NCBI RefSeq assembly: GCF_001194135.2
Contig: NC_068984.1
Location: forward strand, 135,437,338-135,501,337
DNA length: 64,000 nt
Source: Octopus bimaculoides
Taxonomy: Eukaryota
Reading direction: 5' to 3'
Each line of letters begins with the position of its first letter. The stretch's first letter is position 1. The position numbers were made by a program, and so were the translations under genes. This document shows, one piece after another, positions 24,853 through 37,398 of the stretch. A model generated the notes under the pieces. It saw nothing but the letters and a program-made list of their open reading frames with translations. It was not told the DNA's origin and did not search any database.

Positions 24853-26874
24853 GGGTGTATCTTAAAAGAGACGTCAACACCCTTTGGGCAATGCTGATGA
24901 CATATTTTCCACACCATGCAGATGATATAGCGCTCAGGGCGGCGTTGGAGGAATATATACTCACAAACCCAATACATATATGACACTGAAGTGATTTATT
25001 CTGTCATATGTACTTTCTACTAGGCTGTAAAGTGTAAGAAAATATACTTGTAGAAGATTGAAGGAAATACATAATAATTAAACTTCTGTTATTATTATAG
25101 TATCTTACTGTTCAAAACTATATTCTAGTGCTAAAAGATTACATCAATTTGTATTAGTGCCAAGATAATAAAGTACTCTCCACACTTATATTTACTAGCG
25201 AAACTATCCGAGCTTTTAGACACTATATTTATCTTGCAGTATATTATTATCAGATGTCATTTTTTGATGGAGAGGTGAATTTGTATAAATAGTTTTAATG
25301 GAAATCACATTTATGCATAAAGGACAGCGTCGACTGCCTGTGTCCTCTTTCTCTCTCTATCTGTCTATCTTTCTGTCTATTAGTCTGTGTGTGTGTATCC
25401 TGTTTGTGTATATGGATATGCACGCGTGTGTAACTGGAGGTTTGAGATGCAGTATTGAATGAATATATGGATATATAATTATATATTACATGTTCGTATA
25501 CACTTGGACGCAAGAAGACGCTTTGCTGTGGAAATCGTGTAGAGGAAATTTTCTCCCCAGCGATATAATATGTACGACAAACCATCGTTAGGCTATGAAG
25601 TATGCCATAATATAGTAGGTTGCAAGCATTTCTCCACCGAAACGCTTCATCAGCTACGAATACAGAATCATAATTTCTCCGCCCCGTGTGAACATTTGTT
25701 CTTAAACTTAAGAACTACAAATAACACATTTGACATTTACGCAAAATATTCGCCAAGCTCTAATTAATTAACTCCAGGAGAAATTCGAACAGTTGAATGA
25801 AATATATTCGTCTACAAATACAGTTAAAAATTTCTAAATACTCGCTGAGAATATACTCTCGAGAGAACATTTTCTTCATTGACAATATATGGGCAAACAG
25901 AAAAATGCTTTGTGCTCATCAGTAGTATTAATTGTTCTTCGTATGTATTAGAGAATAATTTATTGTTTGCTATACTTATGTATTAGAACATATGCCGACA
26001 TAGGGATTAGTAATTCTAATGTGGGTATGATTTAATGGTGTTTCGTTGTGGTTTATATATTAAACGTCTTTATAGAGAAGGTTACAATGGTTGAGAATTC
26101 TATATACATAAATATACGGGTGATAGACAGACACAGATTAAAATTGCGAATTGGATGAAGTTATGGGAGTGCTTATCTGCATTATATATACTATACATCT
26201 ATATAAATATACATACATGCAGAGATACATATATATGTATATGCAAACACCTCGATTGCATATCTATACCTATATGTGTGTGTGTGTTCGTGCGTATGTG
26301 TATAATTCGATAGATAGATGTGTGTATGTGGGTGCGTGTGTAAGCATATTTACATACTACATATAGAATTATGAAAAATATCATAAATTCTTTCCTGTGA
26401 TTTTGTAATATTAGACAAAGGCATTTATTTCTATATATTTTCGGAGGACCTAAAAGATATATCTCAAACAGAGACTTTGATTTTGCAGTGAGGTTAAATT
26501 TATGTTATTGAAAGATATCGATAGGACTCCTTATTTATGCATATGCCCTCAGCTTTTTCATGTGCAGGTGCCTAACTTATTAATTAAAGAATGTTGTGCC
26601 TTACACGAATTTCACCGATATATATTCTAAATATTACTATCTCTCTCTTACTATAAATAAAGATATTAGTGATCCCTGATGGGTAATACATGCAAGCTAT
26701 ATGTTAGGTCAGTTATCAAAATAGCTATCAATTAACGAGGTGTCAACGTTTAAACTGATGCATAAGAAAAAATGCCCACGTATGAGTTAAGGTATATATA
26801 TTGTATGTGATTGTGTGCATTTGCATATATGTACGCATATATAGAGACATGAACATACGCAAATATACATACAT

Positions 26875-26906
<32 letters not shown>

Positions 26907-26980
26907 ACATGATTATGAGAAAAGGGGTTAATAGTTTGAGGCTGAAAAGGAAAGGAAAAATCCTTTGCATACACACACAG

Positions 26981-27051
<71 letters not shown>

Positions 27052-27140
27052 TGTGTGTCTGTTTGTGTGAGTGTATGTGCGTGCGTGTGCGTGTGTGTAT
27101 GAGAGAAAGAGAGAGAGAGAGAGATTTAGTCTGTCTTCAT

Positions 27141-27797
27141 TTAACTATGCGTGTGCAAATGCGTGAATGTATGACAGTTTAGAAGGAATAATATACACGG
27201 AATTACCCACCATTATACATTCTGAAACACTTCTCTTCTACCCTGCAGCTCAAACATTTTATCACCTGTAACAGGAAAAGTATCCATTCTATGAACCGTT
27301 CTTTAACTGGGGGTGTTAACTATGTGTTTGCAAATGCGTGAATATTTGAGAGTTCAGAAAGAACAATAAACTCATAATTACACACTATCATACATTTAGA
27401 AACACTTCTCTCCTGCCTTGCAGATCAAGATCTTTACCACATGTAACAGGAAAAGTATCCATTCTACAGGGTGTTCACAAAATCTGGGTACATGGAGATT
27501 AACACATACTTTAAGAAATTATTATTTCCTATATTTAATTGTGTATGTTATGATTTTATTTACTCCATTTACCCACATGGGGATTAACACATACTTTAAG
27601 AAATTATTATTTCTGATATTTATTTGTTTATGTTATGATTGTATTTACTCCATATACCCAGAACTTGTGGACACCTTGTATAAACCGTGCTTTGACTGGA
27701 GAAGTTAACTATGCGTGTGCAAATGCGTGAATATATGACAATTGAGAAAGAACAATTTACACAGAATTACCCTCCATTATACATTTACAAACACTTG
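27141..27797. repeat. 175-bp-period tandem repeat (about 2.5 units) interrupted by a MITE
   Basis: ttaactatg(c/t)gtgtgcaaatgcgtgaat starts at 27141, 27316 and 27705; the second spacing of 389 equals 175 plus 214. Confidence 0.9.
27467..27678. mobile_element. Tc1/mariner-type MITE with TA target duplication
   Basis: TA|CAGGGTGTTCACAAAATCTGGGTA ... TACCCAGAACTTGTGGACACCTTG|TA; interior is a direct duplication of ~80 bp. Confidence 0.9.
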
Positions 27798-28537
27798 ATT
27801 AATTATAACATATTAAGAATGGAGTGGAATAAAAAGAAACAGAACCATTCATTGTTAATGAGTTAAACCAAATGCCAAATGTCATTTGAAACTGGAATGA
27901 CTTGAGATTCTCTCTATATTTTTGGTTAAATACATTGATTGATACATTATCTTATATCTGGGAAGAAACGTATACCTTCTTGTTTTTCCTTACTAATTTA
28001 CAAACTTCATCGGAAACATGAAAGAAGTGCACTTCATGACGTCCTCTGTTTTATTTACAATACATGTATATTAAGATCCCCCTGGCAAGTCACTTTTGAA
28101 ATACACTAAATCACACAACACGATCAAGTAAAACTAGAGAGGAAAATGTTACACAACAAAACAACTAAACCAGATATGTAGAAGCAATAATTTTAGCGCA
28201 AGCAACATAGAACATACTATACTATATACGAATCACAAAGAAAATACACACCTGCCAATTATACAGCATCTGGCCGTAGGGAGTACCACGGATGTTGTAT
28301 ATTTGTAAAATTACATCATTCGGTACATTTGTCCTTGCTATAAAAATGCAACTCAATCCTCTAAGGTAATGTAGTTCAGAAATGTAATCACTGAGGTGAA
28401 AGTTCGTTAATGATGTCTTTAGGGTCTCTGCTATTGCAATCAGAGATGAGTGTTGATATTAAAATTAAATGTTTAATAAGTTAAGATTTGTACATTACAC
28501 ACACACACACACACAAACACACAAACACAGACACACG

Positions 28538-28578
<41 letters not shown>

Positions 28579-28610
28579 NNNNNNNNNNAACACACAAACA
28601 CAGACACACG

Positions 28611-28658
<48 letters not shown>

Positions 28659-28686
28659 CACACACACACACACACAGATAGATATA

Positions 28687-29417
28687 CAGAGTGCGGTGAA
28701 TATATTGTCTAAATTGCGCAAAAAGGAAAATAACACAGACATCTCATTTTAACAGATTTATTTACCAAAATAGGATTAAAATATTTGGAAATACTAAAGA
28801 GAAAATGTTTTCGATAAAATCGCCATTGGCTTCAACCACGGCACCCACTCGACTTCCGAATCTCCTACAACTCTTCTGGACGGTCTCCTTGTTTACGTTG
28901 GTGAATACTGCCATAATCCTTGGTGTTACAAGGATTTTTGTTTGTCTCTCGCTCAACTATGCCCCACACTTAATAATCAAGGGGAGTCTGGGGAGTTAGG
29001 TGGCCAGATTGTAGGAGATATGTAATCGCAGAAATTGTCTGACAGCCATGACTGGGTTATTCTGCTTGCGTGACATGCTGATTAGGCCTGTTGCCCGACA
29101 GCTTGTCTTCCAGTAGCCACCCTCTTGACCCAGAGCAGCAATAACTCCTCCAGGTAATTGATGTAGGCGTCGGTGTTGAGCGTGAGGCCATGTGGGAAGA
29201 TGAACAGAGGCATAACTTTGCCATCACTAGTGATCACTGTAAACACCATGATGTTGACTGGATGTTTGAATTGTATCACTCTCGGTACATGTCCTCAGAT
29301 TTCACTCTTCTCAGATTGACACCAAAGCACTCTGAAATGTTCCTATTGGAGCTTTTGGGGCGAATGCTAAGCGAAATTGAAAATATAGAATTATGACAAT
29401 TAAACCATAGCACCCTT

Positions 29418-29418
<1 letters not shown>
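28687..29418 (-). mobile_element. Internally deleted Tc1/mariner transposon with a decayed transposase C-terminus
   Basis: KHPVNIMVF.VITSDG.VMP.FIFPHGL.LNT.AYI..LEE and RIMAVFTNVNKETVQKSCRRFGSRVGAVVEANGDFIE; TA|CAGAGTGCGG left end and a degenerate inverse near 29395-29418. Confidence 0.85.
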
Positions 29419-29448
<30 letters not shown>

Positions 29449-30757
29449 GAATATATGTAAGCTACGTACGTACTGATATATGTATATATGAATAACTAAT
29501 GTGTGTATATATCTGTACGTATGTATGGAGCATTCGGTATGAAGAATGCATTCATCACCTGGCTTATAAATGCCCAAGAATGATTATTAAAAACGTTTTA
29601 ATTGCAACCATTTAAGATATTGAAAGAAAACCTCCAAAAGCATGAAAGAGCCACATAAACATAGTTGTTTTCACGTGTCTATTCAAATTAAAAATATCTG
29701 TCCCTAATGATTATGCTCCTGATTTAAAAAAAAATATGTAGCATAGTTTATATTTTTCACAAGCTCTTTAAGATTATATTTAGAACAGAAAGGAATGAAA
29801 AAAAGTTTCCATTCAAAAATTATATTGATAAATTTTTGATAATGTTGCTTTATTTCAAAAGGTTATTTCTCGTTTCTTAACAAGCATATGCTCATTAGAC
29901 GCTCTTACACTCCTTTTTGAATGTGTGTCAGTGCATTTGTATGTACGGGTGCATGTGTGTTTTGTCTGTGTATATGTGCACGTGCGGAGGCTATGGCCGA
30001 ATGTTTTAAAATTTCGCTGCTTAATCACGAGATTTCGGATGTGATTCCACTACGTCACATGTCATACAAGTACCATTTACCATATTGCCAATATGATCAT
30101 ATATTTCTCAGTCAAATTACCCAGGTTGAGACTCGTGAATTCCGTTTGTTGACAGTACTTAAATAAGGGATTTATCGTGCACTGTGTCACACATTTTGCC
30201 CGAATACTATTTAGGTGCCATTGTAATACACTAGATAGAAAATTTGTCATATTTTGCATATTCCTATTAACCACATCTGCCACTGTTTACTAAATATAGG
30301 TATATATGAAATGTAGGTATGCAATATACAGCAATTTCGACAGAAATGTAATGTATTAGGCCTAACTAACTATTGCGTCGTGGTGTTCTGTCACTGAATA
30401 TATTGCTCAGAAAAATTAGTTACACGTTCATGTTTCATGTTCCTCTATGTACTACATAACTCCAAACGTAGATTTATGCAACTCAATTTATAAAATTTAC
30501 CCCTATAGAAATTTCTTAATATACTTTTCCGTAGGAAGAAAAACCGACAAGTTGAATAGCTACCAAGATAGCATATGCCACATGAATATTTTGGATACAT
30601 CATTGATTTAAGAACAATACGTTAACAAATACGTAGACCACACACTGAATTCGTGCATGTGCCGCCTGCAACAGTAACACACATCACTTTTGGCATTTCC
30701 ATTATAAAAGTATCACAATAGGGTAAGGCATATTTGAAAATATAAACTCAGACATAT

Positions 30758-30817
30758 ACAGGCATATACAAATAAACACAGGCATATACAAATAAATACA
30801 GGCATATACAAATGAAC
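30758..30817. repeat. 20-bp minisatellite, 3 copies (ACAGGCATATACAAATAAAC-like)
   Basis: Direct reading. Confidence 0.9.
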
Positions 30818-31909
30818 TAATTCCTGCAGTCTACATTTTTCATAGAATCAATATCATTTGTCACACGACTCAACCATATTCGACATGCTGCTACATACAT
30901 TTCAAAGAGGACTGGCTATGACGCAGACATCGGATGCCTGCACTTTCCTGCTGATTACAGTCATGCAACTGGTTCCCAGCTTATGTATAAGAGCGAGTAT
31001 ATGATCGAATGACGGAAAGTGTGTCGCTAGTAATTCATCATTAATTACTCACGCTTATCTACACACAAGGACACACATATGTATGTACATATCCATTATT
31101 TGAGTGTATGTATGTATGTGTGTATGTACGTATGTATGTATGTCTATTTATCTCTCTCTTGCTGTATCTGTAACTTTTATTCATAGTTGGAAACCAAGGG
31201 GATTGTGACAAGTGTGGATTCAAATATAACATTTCTAGGTTTACAGAATTTAAATGTATTTTACCATCAACGTAAAAGATGAATACAGAAATAATTATTT
31301 TCACACTTCTACATATGATGTATATTCATGCAGTCCCGTATTCAGCTTTTTTTTTCAACATTCTGGATAAATATCATTTACTATAGATTTAAGTTCACCC
31401 ATATAGTTTTAGAGTTAAGACTGTGAGAAGCCCTACATGTTTCTTGTCGAATATAATGTATATAAATGATTGAGATTACAACACTACCCAGTGAACGGGA
31501 CATTGCCGTGTTACATGACCCATACAGTTTAGCAGACGGAGGCATTGACGAAGACTATTTCCACTGATTGTGCGTGTAATACAAGAGTTCAGTAAGTGAC
31601 ACCGATTAAAGATAGGTGTTTCTGGGCTTGTGCAGTAGTTAATCACATCGTGGGCCAAATGATTAAGCGTTCGAAAATCTGACAGAAATTTCGATTTAAA
31701 ATATCAGTTAGATATTCATGGAATTTTTTTGGGGAAAGACTGCTTGAGAAATAGAACACTACGTTTGCAACTAAACATACTTGGCAGAAGGAACAGATAG
31801 TGTAATAAAGCAGGATGAGTACAACGTAGAATTTTTATATACACACCGATATATACACGCGCACTCACCCTTATATATATATATATACGAACCAAACTAC
31901 CAAACATAA

Positions 31910-32084
31910 CTATGCATACCTATTTACATACATACATACATATATACATACATACATACATACCTGCCTACCTACTTACCTACCTCCCTCCCTACCTATC
32001 TCCCTACCTACCTACCAACCTACCTACCTACCTACCTACCTACCTACCTACCTACCTACATATATACATACATACATACATATA

Positions 32085-32116
<32 letters not shown>
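31910..32116. repeat. (TACA)n/(CCTA)n compound microsatellite
   Basis: Direct reading. Confidence 0.95.
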
Positions 32117-32118
<2 letters not shown>

Positions 32119-32129
32119 GGGGAAAACTG

Positions 32130-32720
32130 TAAACCAGACAAGCAAAAATCTTCATTCATGACTTCAAGGTTTCCCCTGCATCTGATGAGGAATGTTACAA
32201 GTATGTAGGGGTGGATGAAATCCTGTCTAAGAATAACACCTGTAACAAAGCAAGTATCACTAAAAAACATTACGGCCGAAAAAAGAAAATGTAGACTTCG
32301 GAAATCTCTGCATTCAATGAAACTGTGTATTTCCAATGTGAGTAGTCATACCAATATTTGGGCTACTTAATTGAAACCTTGTTAGCCATTTATGTGCAAA
32401 CCGGGAAGATACTAACCAGCACACGTAATTTTCCCATCAACAGTGACGGAGACTACCTCCACCTAAAAGCACAAAACAAGGGATTAGAGGATTAACATCG
32501 ATCCGGACTGCCTTTGAATGCCGTATCATTTCCCTTCAGCAACATCTTTTAACTGCCTAGTGTCGAAGTGCATTTCTTGTTCAAGTTTGCATACGTAAGG
32601 CTGGTAACATCATGAGGATTGGAAAACAGCTCTCTGATAATCTTGAATACATTCTCAAGGAAGTCGAACGACTCTTCTGCAACGTGTTATCCGATTAAAG
32701 GAAGAGTGTAACTCAGGAAA
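32130..32720 (+). mobile_element. R4/Dong-type RT thumb-region fragment
   Basis: DEECYKYVGVDE, TSEISAFN, GKILT...FPINSDGDYLHL and GIRGLTSIRTAFECRIISL resemble YKYLG..E, SELS.FN and D.DRLY..R..GGRGL. Confidence 0.7.
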
Positions 32721-32853
32721 AGGCCATGCATGGATGTTTTAGTACAAAGCTCCGGGATGATAGTAACATTGAGCATTAAAGCAGACTATGATAGACCAAC
32801 AACCGCATTACTAACGCTCACTTCGAAGGGTATGCCTTTGCAATTCAGGAACA

Positions 32854-33084
32854 GGCGGGAATCTGGCAGAAACGTTAGCACGCCGGGCGAAATGCTTAGC
32901 GATACTTCATCTGCCGTGACGCCCTGATTTTAAATTCCACCGAGGTCAACTTTGCCTTTCATCCTTTCGGGGTCGATAAATTATGTACCATTTACGCACT
33001 GGGGTCGATGTAATCGACTTAACCCCTTTGTCTGTCCTTGTTTGCTCCCGCTATGTTTAGTCCCTTGTGGGCAATAAGAAATAA
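32854..33084 (+). mobile_element. tRNA-derived SINE (GGCGG..CTGGCAG head, Meta-like central domain)
   Basis: Aligns end to end with 59727-59957 and 39444-39668. Confidence 0.85.
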
Positions 33085-33578
33085 AGAACAGGAAATAATT
33101 GATGCACAAAAGGGTCAAAGACGCAAAAAAAACAGCAAAATGTGATAAATCATCCAGACTTTGTAGAGTTAACAGCGAAGATATCACCCACATCATTAGT
33201 TGATGTCTGAAATTGTCTTCACTGTATTATCAACCGATGTGATATGATCTGTTAGCTAATACAGTATATAATGAGATCGTCTCGGAAGGATAACGCCGAG
33301 GCCCCAAAAAAATAAAATAAAATAACCCACACTATGGTAGAAGCCGTGGCCACTCATAGTATAAAAGGGTACTGGTGCAATGATACCACAAAACTTGACT
33401 TCAAAAAGATTTAGATAATCCTTTTAAGTTCTGCTATTAAGTTAGACAAGGCCTGGACCAAACTCTGGTTGAAACATCTAAGTCTATCTAAGTTTATATA
33501 TATATATATATACATATATATATAAAAACTTAGATATATATACATATATAGATATGTGTGTGTATATGCATATATATG

Positions 33579-33618
<40 letters not shown>

Positions 33619-33995
33619 NNNNNNNNNNNNNNNNNNNNNNNNNNNNNNNNNNNNNNNNNNNNNNNNNNNNNNNNNNNNNNNNNNNNNNNNNNNNNNNNNN
33701 NNNNNNNNNNNNNNNNNNNNNNNNNNNNNNNNNNNNNNNNNNNNNNNNNNNNNNNNNNNNNNNNNNNNNNNNNNNNNNNNNNNNNNNNNNNNNNNNNNNN
33801 NNNNNNNNNNNNNNNNNNNNNNNNNNNNNNNNNNNNNNNNNNNNNNNNNNNNNNNNNNNNNNNNNNNNNNNNNNNNNNNNNNNNNNNNNNNNNNNNNNNN
33901 NNNNNNNNNNNNNNNNNNNNNNNNNNNNNNNNNNNNNNNNNNNNNNNNNNNNNNNNNNNNNNNNNNNNNNNNNNNNNNNNNNNNNNNNNNNNNNN

Positions 33996-34044
<49 letters not shown>

Positions 34045-35948
34045 GTGTGTGTGTGTGTGTGTGTATGTATCTATGTATGTATGTTGGCGAAACAGAGACG
34101 AATGAGGAGATTCACATTGAGCAATAGTTTGCTCGGTCACAAGCTTTCACAGATACTACTTATAGTATTACGTATAAAATATATACTTATACACATACCA
34201 ATGAGCATAAGTTCATGTCAATTTATGCAGTTCTTGTGTCTAGTGTAGTCGTAGCTACCCATAAAATTGATCAGTTATATATATATAGATAGATAGATGG
34301 ATAGGCAGATAGATAGATAGAGAGAGAATGAGAGAGAGAGAGTGAGGGAGAGAGAGAGAGATACATATTCACACGTATATTGGCATTAATGTATACCTAT
34401 GTGCATGTTCGTGTTTAGATCACACAAAACGTGACTATCTATGCACATATAATTTTGTTCTTTATCTCCATGGAAACCCTGCAGGTCCAGATTATGTATC
34501 AGAACGAAGACAGAAAATTCAGTAAATAATTGTGTAGTATTTTCACATCATTTTTCTGGTACAATTCCCGCCAAATATAGATTTTTACTTCGACATTGTC
34601 CAAAATAATCAATACATATTTCAATTCAGGTTATTAACAGTTAACTACCGGTTCCGCTCAGTTCTGAATACATATTTTCTCTTCGATGAACATTCATTAA
34701 ATGTTTAAATAAAGCAAATCCTATTCTTTTCAAATCATATTTGAAAACGTTGAAAGCAAGTTTTCTTTTTTAACTCACTATAGCGGATATCGTTGATAAA
34801 CAATTTACGTAATATTATAGTAACTGCATAGCATTATATAATAATTTGAAAGAAAAAGATGGCCTAGTTAATGACAAGATGGTAGACAGTTAAAACATTC
34901 TCTTTATGGTGTCCATCACAACTGGAAATAGCTTTTGTATATCAATCTCTAAGTACTCAATCTATGTGCCATCAACTAGGATATTTAACAGACCAGTGGC
35001 TCCTTACCTTGCAGGTTGAAATAAAATCATTGATTTTTCTCTAGATCAGCTTTTCTATATTGAACTTCATTACACATTTTCGTCGTTGATAAACGTGATT
35101 TATATATCATTTAATTTTTTTCCGCTTTCTTGAAGAGAAGATAATAACAATTTTGCAATAATGCGTCAACATTTGTTTGTCGAAAACCCAATAACCAATG
35201 TGCTATACCTTAATTACATTTCCCAGCCCTTTTGTATTTTCATGAATGTAATGCATGAATGCTTTCAACAACTCAAAGTAATCGTATAGTTGAAAACAGA
35301 TTTCAAAGACTCAACACTTTACGCCCTTATGCGAGGTCCGAATCTATTCAGTTAGTTGCTGTCAAAATTGGAAACAGGTACCTTAATTCTATGCTTCTAG
35401 CAGGTGTTGGAAATAAGATCTACAGCGATCAGGTTGTAATTATAATTTTATAGGAGAGTATTGTAGTTCGCTTGATGCATTGTGTATTGTTTGTAAAGAA
35501 TAAAAAGTTTTGAATGGTTCAACAATGCACTATAATACAAAAAAATGGACTATATATCTGTTGTAATTTAGTTATCTATATTTTGATGAGATTTCGGAAT
35601 ACACTTCCTTCTTCAGATATTCTTAGATGGAGTCGCTGCTATGATCTGTTTCCCAACGGCTTTTCGTTTTTCGGAAGCGTCTCAGCAGTGGTCTCACGAA
35701 ACTCCGTCCGGAAATCCTCATGAGAAATGCGTGAGGTCGGCTATGTATCTCTCCGGAGCCTTGCCCTTCGACGATCACGTTTCTCTTGTCACTGGATGGA
35801 TTTCATTTGTCTTGTATGGAAAATCATTAGGGTGCACAAAGGACAATACAAGGATTAGAGTACGATCCGCCGGAATATTCAGAATACATATAGTCCTGTT
35901 CATTATGTGTGTATTTGTATGTGTGTGTATGCATATATATGTATGCAT

Positions 35949-36089
35949 TCAAAGGTTGTGGTTCATCACCACATCCCATGTCTTCCTGGGTCTATATATA
36001 CATACGTTCGGACATTGGGACTTACCGAGGCAACGAGAGGTGACGGAGACCTTTGGAAATGTGCTGTGATTGAGAATGACTTCTTTTTA
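35949..36089. mobile_element. Short RTE-type LINE 3' end with an inverted 5' segment
   Basis: Minus 35949-35993 encodes RPRKTWDVVMNHNL; plus 36004-36080 encodes VRTLGLTEATRGDGDLWKCAV; possible imperfect TSD ATGTATG(C/A)AT. Confidence 0.6.
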
Positions 36090-37344
36090 ATGTATGAATG
36101 AATTAGTCTATACTACCAAGGCATCGATTGGCAGATTTACTGAAGAGAAAATATATAATTCTTATATATCGTCAACGAAACAACAAAAGAAGAAAAGAAG
36201 CGAAGTATAACGATACATGGTGCCGAAAGGAAAATGACATTCTACTTGTTCATCATATACATAAAACATAGAGTTCAATCTCAGAATCTTTCCTGAGTAG
36301 TAAAACTATTCATACTGAGGAAAGAATAATTCGTTCATTTTCTATTTAAAATAAAATCTAAATATCTGGAAGTTAAATTTAATTACGTACGAATTCGAAT
36401 GCAGGAAGTGTCAGAATTATATTTCTGAAATGAAAACCCTAATTTACGGCAAGATGGCTGGCAAGAGTATCATTTGCAGAACACAGAATAATGAATGATG
36501 CACTACATTCAATGGGTAGCGCAGATTTTCTTACAATGTAAATAAATATATAACGTGTGTGATGATTAGAAAGAATCTACACACACAACAGACTATGATG
36601 ATAATTAGTACAAATCTTTTAATTAATCCACGTCACAAAAGATTCGCAGCCATAATACCAACAGTAGTGCGGCAAGGATTGCGTTAGTAAGATAAAATTG
36701 TTTCTGCATCAGTCTTTTTGATACCATTGTTATATAAGAATGGAAGCCTTATCGAAAATGTATTGAGCGGAGATACTTGTATTTAAACAACAATTGGGTA
36801 TTTCGAAATTGCGCATATTTTTACAGGATTCACACTTCCATATCAAAAATGTGTATCAATTACTGTAGGAATTATAAATCCGATGTCTGAAAGATATATA
36901 CTTTATTCACTTCACATAATGTAAAAAAACCAAATTTAAGCAACTTAGTTGTAATCAACACAAGTCGCTTGCAGTTATTTACTTATATATTTTACCATGT
37001 ATATTTCTCAGTCATTTTATATCTAAGATAAAGCGCCATATGTAGTATGCAGATTTGATGATTGTGAATGTATGTGACCTTATTGTTACAGCGTTCAGCT
37101 CATAACATGAAGGTCGGGATTTTAAATGTTGGATGTAAGGTGAAATTTGCTGTCGAGCAAGACACTTCTTTTTATGTTTGGTACGTCTAATAAATACTTT
37201 GTAATGAGTATCAGTCACCTACTGGTGCTGTCTTGTCACCTCCATACTGTAACTTTACCGATGTTCTGCTAAGTGAAATGTTGGGTGACTGAAATGATTG
37301 GAATGGCGACTACAAACACGTTTGTTTATGTTACGACATATTAA

Positions 37345-37398
37345 CTTCGTAATATAAACTCGTTTTCTACAGATAGAAAACGAGTTTATGTTACGAAG
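37345..37398. repeat. 25-bp inverted repeat with a 4-nt loop
   Basis: CTTCGTAATATAAACTCGTTTTCTA-CAGA-TAGAAAACGAGTTTATGTTACGAAG, with one G-T pair. Confidence 0.95.

Noticed and set aside
25640-25660. FVADEAF on the minus strand (Harbinger nuclease-like) and a CUGAUGA...GAAA pattern
   Set aside because: The flanking residues do not fit DDE_Tnp_4, and no stem II or stem I can form for a hammerhead
27141-27797. Regularly spaced repeats considered as CRISPR-like
   Set aside because: The whole unit repeats with no unique spacers; eukaryotic context and no cas genes
30900-30985. HDCNQQESAGIRC on the minus strand, resembling an SRCR C-terminus
   Set aside because: An in-frame stop lies just upstream and the other SRCR cysteines and tryptophans are absent
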